Source: Cycas panzhihuaensis (lineage: Eukaryota > Plantae > Cycadophyta). From it: a stretch of 64,000 nt of DNA. The translations under genes and the position numbers were made by a program. The notes beneath the pieces are model-generated. The model saw nothing but the letters and a program-made list of their open reading frames with translations. It was not told where the DNA came from and did no database searches. Location of the stretch: NCBI GenBank assembly GCA_023213395.1, contig CM041465.1:244411741-244475740 (forward strand). Direction: 5' to 3'. This document shows, in pieces, positions 26,352 through 40,900 of the stretch (its first letter is position 1; each line of letters opens with the position of its first letter).

Positions 26352-29300
26352 TAAAACCTATGAGAAAGGTGAAGAATAAATTAATGTACAGCAAGAAGTG
26401 ATAAATTATTTGTATGAGAAGAATACACCCATACTTCTCTACATAGTTATCTATAAATACAAGTTGTCACATGGTTGTCAAAGTGCAAGATTCCCACAAG
26501 AAGCATAGAGATCATAATCCTTCTTTTATTTATGGTCTATTACCAGTAAAGGAGGAATGAAAAGAATGGAGGACAAGAGATGAAGAAATTAGGTGGATCA
26601 TAAGTAAAACCCTAAGCTATAATCAAAGAAATGCCTAAGTATGAAGAATATAACTAACAATTGTCCAACAAATAAATTTAAAATGGAGAGGCATAAGGAA
26701 ATTAATTGACATATAACCAAACAAAGAAACCTCCAGAGATGATGCCTATAGAGATCAAAGTCATCACCCATCCCCCAAAGAAACATACTTAGATGGCAAC
26801 CATCATGCTAGACCATATAAAAGTAAAACTACCCATAAGCATAGAAGTCTAGGGAAGAATTTACCATAAAAGAATTCAATGGTCACATATGAAAATCAAA
26901 ATTGATTGCATGCATTGATTCATTATTAGAATATGAATACATATAAACTTTTTTTTTTTTTAATTATAAAATAAAAAAATTATATTTGAAATGGAAAATT
27001 AAACTAGATTAAATGATTTTTTTAATTCTGTTTAGGCCCCATTGACAATCAACTAACGGTCACATGTGCAAGTGCATGCAATTGGGGGCTAATTTATGAA
27101 GGTGGTAGACTTTAAATTTTATTAAACTAGATTAGATAATTTTTGCAATTGTAAAATTTATTAATAAATTGAATTAAATTTTAAAATTTAAAATTACTTT
27201 TCTAAAGGATCATGCACTTTTTCCTAACACACTGAAATGTTAGAATCAGGTGTTATTAGTTGTATTAGAAAGAAACCTTTAAGACGATCGAAATAATGGG
27301 TCACACAACATAATTCAGATAATAGATGATAGAGATATTAATGGGTAAAGTTGAATAAAGAGCTCTAAATCTTATAAAAGTTATATTTTGTGATCTTTTC
27401 AAAAAAGAAAAAAAAATAGATATTTTAATATTTTCAAAGGCTCTGGATATAATGATATTATTTCTAATTGATGAAGAAAGAAAAAGAAAGCTTCATTTAA
27501 AATGAAGTAAATTTAGGCTTATTAATGATATTTAAAGGCTCATAATAGTTGAAAATTTATATATTTGATGAAATATTAATATAAAAATTTATTGATATGT
27601 TGGACATGTAAAATCCTCCTTGGAAAATCATATTTAATTTAGTGTAAGTGTACAACACTAATCAAATGATGGATCACCTAGTTTGAAGAATAGTTTTTTG
27701 ATGAATAATGATTATATGTATTTGACGATTGATGACACCATTTAACATTTGTAAAAGAGCCTAATTTATTTGATTGTTGCATCAATAGGCACCCTCAGAT
27801 AACTTGGGGGATAAGCTTCACCACTCTCAAGGGCAGCATAAACTCCCATTTTATAAAAATAGAGAGGAAAAAAAAAAATTAACATACACGTGGCATAATT
27901 TCATGAGAGAGCATGTATGGTTGACAGTAAGCAAAACACCAAATTCTAACAATATATGCCAGTAACGGTTCTTAGATGAACAACAAATGAGTTCTCAAAG
28001 TGTTACAAACCAAGTTGATAAGCCAAAGAACAACTCCATGGTGGCATTGGAAAAGGTCATAACTAGGGTTGTATTGATGGCATCCCCATCTTCTCCAGTA
28101 GGATATTAGAGAGATAAGAAGTTATTGAGAAATTCTACTTATTTATGAGATAAGAAGAGAAGTCTCATATGATTGTTTACTTGGCATACTAAATTAGTTA
28201 TTAATATTATCCACCTAATAATTGGTTCTTGAGGTTGTTTAATTGAAATATAATTATTCATATTTGTTAGTAAGAAATTTGACTAGCCATGTACGACAAG
28301 AGGTATGGAAACACATTATTATATTACCTTATTATATTTAATTAATCTTGGATAAGTAGTTTGGCTTATTCCCAAAGTTAGTATGTTTTAGATGATTAAT
28401 ATGATGAGTGATTAATGATTTTTAAAAGAAAGCTATATAAGTATGCAAGTGAGAAAACATACAAAAGAAATCTTGTTTATAAAATGTAAGTATAAGTTTT
28501 ATAAGCTACTCTTAAACAACACACTCAATTGTGTTGTTCTAACTCATACATAAGAGACAAGATTATGCTACTCTTATAATAAGCATTTTGGAAGCTGATG
28601 TACCATATATCTAAAGTAATTACCTAAAGAACTAGTGATTACAGACATTGATTACCCATGTATTTTAATAGATGGTTATTGTTTTATATAGATCCAATAG
28701 TCAATTTATCTATTTATTAATTTGATAACTATTTAATGATGACTAACAACAGCTTTATAGGTGAATATATAAAGATATTCTAGAAAACACTTTATATATT
28801 GGTGATATTAATTTTGATTGATTGATATTTATAGGTTAGTTATTCATAGTTGGTCACCAATATATATATATAACTATATACAGGTTTATATATAGGTATA
28901 TAGATTAATAATTATAGTGGACAAGCATGATAGTTAACACATTTATAGGTTACAAGTAATGCAATAGATACAAATTATTATATAAGTATATAATCTCTAA
29001 CATATATAAAGATAGATGACTAATAAAATAAAGATTTGAAGACCTTAAACATTAAGGGGAAATGTTAGAATATGTGAATTATTCATATATATAATGTTTA
29101 ATATTGTAATGAGGACACATACATAATCAAACCAATCACATACATTGAGAGATGTAAAAGGCATATATAGTCATATAATTATACTATTAGATTATGTAAA
29201 GGTTCAAGAAATATCATAGGCTACTCATAAGGTAAATCTTAATATAAATATATATACACATCATGTAAGAACTTGAGAAAAAAGAGATATACTTATTCTA

Positions 29301-30295
29301 ATCATAAAGAGGAGCTCACAACTCCACCTTCTCCTATAGTTTTTTTCGCACTAAGTTTTCTACGTATAAATATATTATCTCTCTTATGGTAAATATTTGT
29401 AATACTTATAATAACTTATATACATGATTTATCTATTTGATACTTCACATTCATGTTTATTCATTATGTGTGAAACAAGTTAATGTCACAAGGTCATTAC
29501 ATTAGTTGATTATTTCTAAAAAGGGTCTTAAGTGAACTTTAAATTAGATCACTTCAGTGAAATATACTTTCATGTATATTATATGTAATTTCATTTTACC
29601 TAACTATAATGCTCCCTCTCTCAATATAAAAGTAAAAGCTCAATAGAGGAGGCTCATTCTTATGTCCCTATTTTGTGAGAGCTACTCTCTTTCTCTTAAG
29701 TCTCTCTTGCTCCCATGTTTGCCTTTGTGTTTAGTGTATAGAGATGAAGGAAAGATCCACTCTTTTCATGTGGTATTAGAGTTTGCTTCCTTCATATTCC
29801 TGACCTACACTTGTAATTAAACCATCACTTCCTTCCCCCCCATAATCCATGTGGTGAAAGAGATTGTGAAAGTGGGTTTAGAAATATTTTTAAGTTTTTA
29901 TCATAGCATATTTAGTATTTTTTGCTTTCCCTTTCTCTTTTATAGGTTTAGAAGTATAATACAAAGAGTTGTAAGAACCAAGGATTCTAATCCTTTGGTA
30001 GTAATTTATGCTATCTCATTCTTCTTTTCTTTCCCCTCTTTTTGTCCATTTAATAAAGGGAAATGCTACTAAATTTTTTTTAGATTTTAGAAGAATGATT
30101 GTAAGGGGAGGTTCTACCCACTTTTTTTAAGAATTTGGAGCCATTTAAAATATCCATCATTGTATGCTCTCACCTTGCCTATATTGGGATCCTGGTGATC
30201 AAAAAATGATGAAATTTTTATATGGTAGCATGTGTTAATGAGATATTAGTAAGCTAAATTTTTTGTAGAAATAAAATCTATTTGCTAATATTCAC

Positions 30296-30640
30296 AGGTC
30301 TACCAAAATTTCTACAAAGCTCTAATTAACCTAATTCAAATTGTTAAAGATGAGCCTCTGAGTCCAGTTTTTAGCACAAAAATTAGCACTCAATTTTGTA
30401 ATCATGGGAGAAATTTATTGCTATTTTAGTGAACAATAATTATTTTTAGTAAAAAGTTTAGAAAAATATTTTCTACTAACTTTGTAGGACTACCAAAAAA
30501 AATTCTGAACTTATTTGGACCTAATTCTATTTCCTAAAGATGTAGTTTTGAGTCTGGTTTACAACACAAAAATTAGCACTCAATTTTGTTATCGTGGGAG
30601 AAAGTTACTATTGTTTTAGTGAAGATTATTTTTTTGTTAA
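30296..30640 (+). repeat. Two-copy ~190-bp tandem duplication in the leader of Copia C
   Basis: Shared core cacaaaaattagcactcaattttgt.atc.tgggagaaa at ~30375 and ~30565. Confidence 0.8.
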
Positions 30641-31480
30641 AAAAAAAAAGTAAAGAATTTTTCATCCTTCTTTTTATAAGGCTTAAAAGCGCATTGTAAA
30701 ATTAAGTAAAAAAATAGTTAGATCAGAGCAATATATGGTGTCCTCACTCACTTATTAACATTACATTTTATAACTTCAAAATCACTTCAAGAAAGCACTC
30801 TAAAGATACTCTAAGCAAGCACTCTAAGTATGCACTCCAAGCAAGCACTCTATTTTCAGTTATATGTACATTTGATATAAATTCGATAATCTTTTCACTC
30901 TCCCTAAAAGGAATGCATCACATATGTTATTTCTTCAATCTTGTACCTATTTACACACTTTCCAAGGTTGAGATACCTTGGTTGGCATAATGCCATGCCA
31001 TAAAGGAGGTGTAAGTTTCAAGTTGGAACTAGACTAAACCAGAATATTAGTGAGGTTTCGTTAGCCATACCATCGTGCCTCAATCAGGGATCATCCTGAT
31101 AACCAACTAAGAAAATTAAAACTTTAATATAAGATTAAAATATACCTAATCTAATATCCATCATATCCATGGGTATACATGTACCACTCTTCAGAGGAGG
31201 TATATAACTTCTCATTGGTAAACTGGGTGAGGATTGGGAGTACTTGGACTCTGTTATGACTTGGATTTCATCACTAAACATAATTGTGGGTATCATGGGT
31301 GAAGGCCAACTTAATTCTATTAGAAGCCTAAGCATCCCTTCAACAACTTAAACTATATGTTGAACATAAGTTAGAGGTTATTAGGTTGATTATGCATCCT
31401 ACATTTAAGTTTCAAGTTGTGTACACTCAATGATGTCAGCTTCCACATTGGCCTACAATCTTATATATTGTAATCATAAT

Positions 31481-31678
31481 CATAGTGCTTCTCATATTTA
31501 TGTTGCATCAGGTTAATATTTACCACATGTGTTAGTGGCTAATTTTTATCATAGTACTTCTCATATTCCTGCTATGTCAAGTAAACATTTATCACAAGAA
31601 TTAGTGGCTAAGTTTCATCATAATGCTTCTCATATTCTAGCTATGTTAGGTTAATATTTGTCACAAGTTTTGATGACT
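31481..31678 (+). repeat. Three 69-bp tandem repeats upstream of the Copia C gag
   Basis: Units begin cata(g/a)t(g/a)cttctcatatt at 31481, 31550 and 31619. Confidence 0.85.
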
Positions 31679-31839
31679 TTTCTCTAAGTTGCTCCCTTCA
31701 TCTTTGAGAAACCATTCTTACTTTTTCTTCTTTCTACTACACTATTTCATTGTATCTCCTATTTATGAATAGTGATTGGTCATTTATTGCCATCACTTTT
31801 ATAGTCCATTATTCATTTTTTCCCTTCTCAGAAGACACC

Positions 31840-34800
31840 ATGTCTTCACAATTCAAGCAAAATGTGAACTGCATTCTTAAAGGGAAAGAAAATTGGGACA
31901 TATGGCTCACTGGTATTAGAAATGCTCCAAAGTATGAAGATCTTTGGAGAGATCACTTATAACTTACACCATTTATTGCTACTACAGCTACCACAGTTGC
32001 TTCTGGAGGATCTACTCTAATTACTCCCACTGAAGCTATAGCTAAATGCTAATGAGAACTTGATGATGATAAAATCCATGTAGAGATACTTCTTGCCATT
32101 GATTATTCCCTATATAATCTCATTGATGAAGTCATGCATGATACAGCATGGAAAGTTCTTGAAGTTCTCAAGAAGAAATTTGACACTAAATTAGACTTAG
32201 AATTTGTTCAATTAGTGCTGAAGATGAATAAATTAAAAATGTAGAAAAGGCATGCAAGTAAGACAATTAACATCCTTTGTCAAATCAAGTAAGCCATTGA
32301 TAAAGATTTCAAGACTCAACAAATTATATAGGCTTTCTTAATTCATTCATATCTCCATATCCCGGATTACAAAAAACTACTAAGAAGTCTTCAATCTAGT
32401 GACACCTTAAAGACCCTAAACTTTGAGGCTCTTACTGATAAGTTCATCAAATTTGATAAGAGCTTTAATACCAACTTTACCACTACATCAGATCTAGCTA
32501 ATGCTACTTTTGAAGTTGAAGAGGATCTTTTTTATATAAAAAATCAAGGTTAATTCTCTCGCAAAGGTGGTAATTATCATAGAAGAGGCAAAGGTAGATA
32601 TCAAGGATAGCATCCTCATGGTCAACAAGCTTCTTAACTCTAACAAAAAGAGTCTTAAGGCTAAGGCCAAAATAATCAACATGGACCCAGATCTAGTAAT
32701 CAGAGATAATCTAACTAACCTAATACTTCTTATGGGGTTGGAAATCAAATAATTATTTGCCAAAGGTGTCATAGAAAATGACACTATGCCAAAAGTTACA
32801 AAACTACTACCAACAAATTACCAAGCTATCAACAGTGCCATGGTGCACATAATATTGATAATACTTCTTTTAAAGATGCTTTTGGTAAAATGTAATTTTC
32901 TCATGCACACCTTCAAAGAATTAGGACCACTTCATCAAATATTATTGAGAGATCCACTAAGTATATTAAGGCTTATTATGGCTATGCTTATTCACTTTTG
33001 TTTTCACCACTTGGAGTTACAAATAGTTCCATCCTAAATACTTCATCTTAGATCATAGATACAGGAGCAACACAACATATGACTTATCATCACCAGTTCT
33101 TTCAAGATTTTGACTCTTAAGTTTTTGGTGTTGTATACATGGCTGATAAATTATCTTAGTCAGTCAAAGGACTTGGAACTATTTATCTAAAACTCTTAGG
33201 CCTTTTAGATTTTACCCTTGTTGATGTTTTATATATTCTTACTTTGAAGCAAAACCTGCTCTCCCTATCCACCCTTGTCTCTTATGGATTTGATTTGAGT
33301 GTAACTACAAATAATCAAACTCTTTGTGTCATCCACCCTCCTTCAAATGTTATAGTTATGACCAGAATTCTTGATGGCAAACTTTTTTACCTAACTAGCT
33401 CACCATCCTTTGAAGCTAACTATCTTGATGATGACTCTATTTTCACCACAACCCTAACTCCTCAAAAGTTGTCCCAAGTGACCTTATAGCATGCTTGTAT
33501 GAGCTATATCAAAATTGATCATTTAAGAGAACTATATGCCACTCTTCCTAGTATGTCTAGGCTTTCCTTTAAGCCCTTCAAATGTGAAGCATGTATCATT
33601 ACTAAATCTCAAAGATAACCCTTTCCTCATAATTATGGAAATCTAGCCAACCTTTGTAGCTTGTACACTTAGATATATATGGTCCTATGCCCATCCCTTC
33701 TCTCAAACAGAAGTGGCACTATATTAATTTTATTGATGATTTTACCAAGAAAGTATAGGTTACTTTTCTTGCAAACAAAGATAAAAATTTTTCTATGTTT
33801 TAAGCTTTCAAGGCCCACATAGAAAATAAATCTAGATTCAAGATCAAAATACTCAAGAATGATAATGGTGGTGAGTACAAATTTAATAAGTTTAGATCAT
33901 ACTATGTCATCATGGGATCAAGCATCAGACCACTGTTATAGGTACACCGCAGTAAAATGGAGTTTCTTAGTGCATAAATAGAACAATCATGAATATGGCT
34001 TATGCTATGCTAGTATATAGGAATGTCCATGTCTATCTTTGGGCCGAGGTTATCTAGACCACTATGTATTATATCAACATTATTAGTCCCTCTAAGCTTA
34101 GCCCCTCTCCACATGAAATGTGGTATGGACAAAGCCCCTCTATCTCCCACTTTAAAATTTTTGGCTCTACTTATTATACTCACATTCTAGAGAAACATAG
34201 AAATAAGCTCTAAGATAGAGCCCTCAAAGGCATCTTTGTCAGATAACCTATGGAAAAAAAATAGTATAAGGTTTTTCTACCTTCATAGTATAAAATCATC
34301 ATCACTAGAGATGTTATCTTTGTAGAGACTGAAGATCAATTACTCAAACTTGACTCCAAGACACCTTCATACTGATTTAATAATGCTACTGAATTTGATA
34401 TCTAGATTCTAAAATTTAGGGAGGGAGATGCTTAATAATTTCTCAAAATCTTAGAATTGGACAATAGAGCCCCAGAGGATACAAGTTGTGACTCCCATCC
34501 AATGTGTGTACATCCAATACCATCATTTAAGAATAGTCAAGTTAACAAAGGCAAATCCATAGTAGAAGGACCACCTTCTCCATCATTAGTGCCTGGCCCA
34601 TCTTCTCCAGCATCATCAATTTCCTCCATGCCAAACATTTCACATGATCTTTTTTAGGATCAAAATGAAGACCAAGAGGCTGTGGAAATGAAAACCTCAT
34701 TCCCAACTCGAGGCTTTCATGAAGCCTACCAGCTACATTAGGACATACAACCAAATGAGATAGGAAAAACTGTCACTAGAAGTGCCCATAGAGTAAGGAT

Positions 34801-36397
34801 ACATGAATTACTTTATATTGAGCTTGAACTAGTAGAATTGCACCTTGCTCTTAATGAAGAGCCCCTAACATACTAAGAAGTTATAAAGCATACAGCTTGG
34901 AGGAATGCCACAAATGAAGAGTACCAATCTCTTATCAAGAATGGTACATGGGAGCTTATTAATCTACCACTTGGAAGAAAGATAGTTTAAAATAAATAGG
35001 TGTTAAAAAATAAGTACTGATCATATGGCACCCTAGAAAAACACAAGGTGAGGTTGGTAGCAAAAGGATTCACGCAAAGAGAAGGCATCGACTACACTGA
35101 AATTTTTACTCCTATAACCAAGTGGCCTATAATCAGAGCTCTTATAGCCTTGGTTGCTTTGGAAAGTCCACCAACTTGATGTTAAAACCCCATCTCTTAA
35201 TGGGGACCTTAAAGAAGAAATTTACATGGCTCAACCAGAAGGATACAAGATTATTGGTGAGGAGCATAAGGTTTATAGGCTTAGAAAGTTCTTGTACGGC
35301 CTAAAATAAGCCCCTCGTGCTTGGTTTACTAAGTTTTCTAAAAGAATGAGGCAACTTGGATATGAGGTTTGTGGCTATCAGGATATTGATGCAATATTAT
35401 TCATTAAGCACTAAAATGATAAAGTCACTTACCTCTTAATTTTTATAGATGATATGCTAATAATAGGGAATAGTAGATAGGTAATCAACTAGCTGAAGAA
35501 GGACCTTGCTAAAATTTTTAAATTATTTGACCTTAGGTTAATGAAATATTACTTGGGAATTGAAGTAACTCAAAAGAATGGTAAATCTTTCTCTCCTAAG
35601 AAAAATATATCAATGATCTTCTAATAAAGTTTCAATTGGAAGGTTCTCAACTAGTGGCTACATATATAGAACCTAATGTCAAACTCCTAGCCGATGGTGA
35701 TACTTAAGAGGCAAACACAACACTCTATAGGCAGCTTGTAGGTAGTCTTATCTATACTACCAACTCAAAGCTAGATATTGCACACGTTGTCAACATTCTT
35801 ATAAGATTCATGACAAATCCTAAGCAGAATCACTAACAAGTTATATTATGAGTGTTGAGGTATCTAAAGATTACCAGTAAATATGGTCTGTTATATGAAC
35901 CCAATGCAGAATTTAAATTTTATATATACACAGACTCAGAATTTACCAAAGATAAAGACATAGGAAGATCTATGTCTAGGCATGTAACATTTCTTAGAAT
36001 AGCACCAATATCATGGAGATCTAGATGACAAAAGATAGTTGTAGACTCAACTGCTAAAGCTGAATATATTATTACTTCTGGGACAAGCAAGGAGGTGATA
36101 TGACTTAGAATTTTTTTTAATACATTAAATTCTACCCAAACAAGTTCTACTAGATTACATGTAGATAATTAATCTATAATTCAAATAGCTAAAAATCCTA
36201 TATTTCATGATTGTACCTAACATATTAGTATGAAAGTCCATAGGATTAGAGAACTAGTTCATAATGGCACAATTCAACTGGAGTACTACCCCACAACAAA
36301 TCAAGTGGCTAATATCTTCACCAAACCACTGAAGAGGGTGAAGTTTGAATAGTTTTGAGGTAACTTAGCCTTAGGACCTCCATCTCCAATTGATTGA
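31840..36397 (+). pseudogene. gag-pol: Copia C gag-pol, disrupted
   Basis: gag MSSQ..LKGKENWDIW. Protease (W)IIDTGATQHMT at ~33050. Integrase LVHLDIYGP at ~33661, DNGGEY at ~33861. RT EPLTY and KNGTWEL at ~34860-34960, FIDDML at ~35440. RNase H YTDS at ~35925 and ANIFTKPL at ~36308. Confidence 0.95.
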
Positions 36398-37954
36398 AAG
36401 AGATGATAATAGGGCCATCATACTCTATCTCATTAATGAAAACCCCTTATGGGTACAGAAGGATAAGAGTAAGTCTCTACTCTATTCCATTTATGAAAAC
36501 CCCTTTTGGGTGCGAAAGGATAAGGGTTGTATCATTTTAGAAAATTGAAACCTGTGAAAACTTGAAAGGGTATGGGGGATGACCAAATGGTATATGGAGA
36601 CTCAATATATTTTATATATATAATTTATTATACTAATCAGCTATCTAGATTTATTTAAAAAGCTACCTAAGGTAGGTTAGTAGATTAGAAAATCTATGGG
36701 TTTTCTTTCCATGAGGGTTTCCCATAAAAGTATCATAGTAGTTTACTTTATAAGAGGCTCAAATGAAGACCTCATAGGATAGCATAAAATAGGATGAAAT
36801 GACTTTCTACCATTAAGAGGGATATTGAAACCAGTTAATATCACAAGGTTATTGCATTAGTTGATTATTTCTAAAAAGGGTTTTAAGTGAACTTTAAATT
36901 AGATCACTTAAGTGAAATGCACTTTTATGTATATTGTATATAATTTTATTTCACTTAACTCTAATGCTCCCTCTCTCAATATAAAAGTAAAAGCTCAATG
37001 GAGGAGGCTCATTTTTACCTCCCCATTTTATGAGAGCTACTCCCTTTCTCTCAAGTCTCTCTTGCTCCCATATTTGCCTTTGTGTTTAGTATATGGAAAT
37101 GAAGGATAGAACTACTCTTTTCAATATGTACATAACTCGTGATATTATCTTATTATTATATATGTATGATATATTCTGTTATTATAGTCTACATTTCTAA
37201 TATGGTATCAAAGTTGTAATTATAAATTCTAACAAATTAATAAGCAATCATACTTGTCCTCTATATCTTAAGAAGTGAAGAAGATGATTGCCAAGGTAAG
37301 CATGGAGTCCTCAAGATATTAATAGCTCTCCCCTATAATAATATCTAAGAACAAAAAGAATGGGTCTTAATATCAAAATATGATACGCAATATCTCAATG
37401 ATATGGTAATGAATCTTTTCTGGTAGAGAAAATTATATATGTGAATACATAATCAGGCACTATAATGAACTTTCCACTAGCTTATGTTAGCCATTAATAT
37501 TATAAATACAAATGTAAAATACACCACCATAATCTAGCCATATAAAATGGGGAAAAATCAACTCACTTATACTTTAATGGTGCCTTTGTCAATTTACCAA
37601 TGGCTTTTAGAACTAACACATTTAAATATTAAATGGACTTTGACTATTCTCTGAAGAGAGAATAGGAGTCAGAGGGAGAAAAACATTATGTAGTAAAGGG
37701 CATCATTGATAACATTCTTTTAGCATTACAAAGGTATTATTAAAGAATATATGGGACTCTTATGGCCTGGTATATATAAATGGGAGTTGGACAGGATCCT
37801 TACATCTATCATCTTTTGGTATTTAAAAACACCATTTAAAATAATATTAACCATTTGGCTATTGTTGGTTAATATTAGCTCCACCAACCCCAATGTCGAT
37901 GTACATGTATTAATAATTTAAATGAACATTATTTAATATTTCTCCCACATAATG

Positions 37955-40900
37955 TTTATTTGGGAAGACTCTAAGCTTGTTTTTGAATTTGTTGAACTTG
38001 ATCTTTCTAAGTGCTTTAGTGAAGATATCTACCACCTATTCTTCTATACTATAATAGATTAACTTAATCTTACCAGCTTGAACCAATTCTCTAATGAAAT
38101 GATGTTGAGTTTCAATATGCTTTATTCTGTCATGAAATACTTGATTTTGAGCCATTTGTATAGTACTTTAGTTATAATACAACATTTATGTGGGACCATC
38201 CTATTTCACCTATAAGTCTTAGAGCAGTCTTCTTAGCCAAACTGCTTAATAGGCTTCTACTATTGCTACTTTGTATTTTACTTTCATAGTAGACAAGGAC
38301 ACCATGTTTTGTTTTTTTGAACTCCAATGTGATCTGATGTTAACTTTTTATCATCATTACAACTTACCTAATTAAAATTTGTTTAGCCAACTAGTCTGAA
38401 ATTTGTATATTACTTATAATGTAGTCCATGGTTAATTATGCCTTTTAAGTATCTGAGGATCTTTTTTATTATTTGCTAATATGATACTTTGGAGTCATGT
38501 ATGAATCTAGAAATAACACTTACTGCATATATGATATTTGGCTGAGTTAAAGTTAAGTAGATCAAACTACAAATCATTACCTATATAATGTAGGATCAAC
38601 TAATATAGATTCTTCATACTTAGATAATTTTATCCCAACTTTAGTTGGTGTAGCAAATGCTTTACAATCACTTATGTTAAATTTTTATAGTTAAGTCCAA
38701 GGTGTATTTTCTTTGGGAAATAAATATTTCATTCTCACCTTGCCAAACGTCTAAACCTAAGAAGTAGTGCATAAGTGCCAAATCAGTTATTTCAAATTCT
38801 TTACATATATCTTCTTTGAATTTCTGAGACAATTAAGGATCATTGCCTGTATAAATAAGGTATGAGTATTGAATATCCCCACAATGAGTATTGAATATCC
38901 TTCTATCTTGGTGTATAGATTAGGATTTGATTAACTCCTTTCAAATCCTTTGTCTCTAAAGTATTTATCAATCCTAGAGTACCAAGCTCTAGGTACTTGT
39001 TTTAGCTTATATAAGGCCTTTTTGAGTTTGGAGACCTTGAGTTCTTCCCCTTTTACTTCAAAACCTTTGAGTTATTGGATATATAAATCTCCTCTTTTGT
39101 GTACCTATTTAAGAAGACACTTTTAACATCCATTTATTAGACAATCTAACTCTCTTGTGTAGCCAAACCTATCATTAGATAAACTATCTCCATTCTGGCA
39201 ACTAGTGCAAATGTCTCATTATAGACAATTCCTTTAATTTATGTATAACCTTTGGCAACTAACCTTATCTTACATTTGTCAATTATCTCTTCTGATCTAA
39301 ATTTGGTCTTATAGACCTATTTTATACCAATTACAATTTTGTTTAGTGGTAAGTCAATTAATTCCCAAGTATTATTTTTTACTAGGGCATTATACTTTTC
39401 ATTCATCTTTTATGTTAGCATTCTCAAAAGTATGAGGCTCATTTGATTCCATGACTTAGCCCATCAAGGTAAAATTAACTCTATGAGAGTGTGTGGACCT
39501 TCTTTCAAAATTATTGTCTAAAATATTAGAAGGATCATGATCTCTTTGAAACTATTTTGGGACCCTTTGATTAAATGTAGAGGGTTCTACTTCATTTGGG
39601 CTTACTCCATTAAGACTTTGTAGGTTTACAGATTTAGGCCTTAAATTTATATCCATAATGACATTATTTCCTTTATTTTTTTTAATTCTTATTCAATAGC
39701 ATTCATCTTCCTTGAAGATGGCATCCCTACTTATAATTACATTCTTTTCTTTATAGGATCTAGAGACATCATAGTATCCTATAAAGATGCATTTGGTGCT
39801 TTTGTCATATAACTTTATTCTCTTTCATTCTGGTACATAGGAAAATATTAAGCATCCAAAAATTTTCAAGTGATATATGCTTGGCTTATGACATGTCCAA
39901 ACTTACTCTAATGTGACCCATCTAAAAGCCTTGGTGGTATACCTATTTAATAAGTATACTATTGTATGCATTGCTTTTACCCAAAGTTCATGTTCAAGCT
40001 ACTTATCTTTAAGTGTATATCTTGTCATTTCAATAATAATTTGATTTTTCCTTTCTACTACTCTATTTTTTTGTGGAGTATAGGAATTGGTGAGTTGTCT
40101 CCTTATACTATAGTAGTTCTAATATGCTTTGAATTTATTTGAAATGAATTCTCCTCTAATATCTAATCTATAAAGGTGAGAATTATATAGCCACTTTATT
40201 TTCCAACAAAGGTTTTAAAGTCAACAAGACACTAAAAGGCATCTAATTTAAATTTAGGAAAATATACTCATCTTTCTAATGAAATCATCAATGAAGATCA
40301 TAAAGTACTTTTCACCTCTTAGTGAAGGTACATCCATGGGTCCACATAGGTATGTATAGATCAATTGAAGAGGTCCTGAGATCTATGGCTACTATCTGGA
40401 AAACTTTCTTTGCATTGTTTTCTATGTAGGCATCCTTAATAAATTTCTTTATCTACTTCTATGGTGGGTAATCCATCAACCATTTTTATCCTTTTCATTA
40501 ATGCTAAGATGTTATAGTTTAAATGGCCAGATCTCTTATGTTATGTTTCACTATCAACTTTGGTGGAGGCTTTCAAAGCATAGGTGTCTAATAGAGGAAT
40601 GACTAGCTTAAATAATATGTTACTAGTCATATGTCCCTTGCTACATCTACTTTATTCTTTTGCTTATCCTTGATGATACACTCACCATTATCAAAGGTGG
40701 CTTTGTAGTGTTGTTCCATCATCTAATCCACTGAAAGTAGGTTCTTCTTTAAAGCTAGAACATATAAAACATCATAGATATTTCTAGTTTCTCCTGATTT
40801 TATAATAATAGATACATTACCCTTTCCAATAAATTTGTGGGCAATATTATCTCCAAATATAATCTTTTCTCTCTTAGACCTATCAATTTCTTTGAAGATG

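Larger units (their letters stand above)
29471..37123 (+). mobile_element. Full-length decayed Ty1/Copia element C (7653 bp), nested in the LTR of D
   Basis: 298-bp LTRs at 29471-29768 and 36826-37123 (TG..CA). PBS tggtattagag at 29771, PPT attaagagggatat before 36826. TSD ATGTG/ATATG differs by one transition. Confidence 0.95.
24567..37234 (+). mobile_element. Non-autonomous LTR element D; its 3' LTR is interrupted by Copia C
   Basis: 5' LTR 24567-25082 (516 bp), PBS tggtatctaagcc at 25083, PPT attaaggggaaa at 29051-29062. 3' LTR split into 29063-29470 and 37124-37234. No gag or pol recognised in the 4-kb interior. TSD is poor (acgta/aatta). Confidence 0.9.

Noticed and set aside
31135-31340. 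Captured gene fragment in the leader of Copia C
   Set aside because: It is GC-richer, but no frame gave a recognisable motif.
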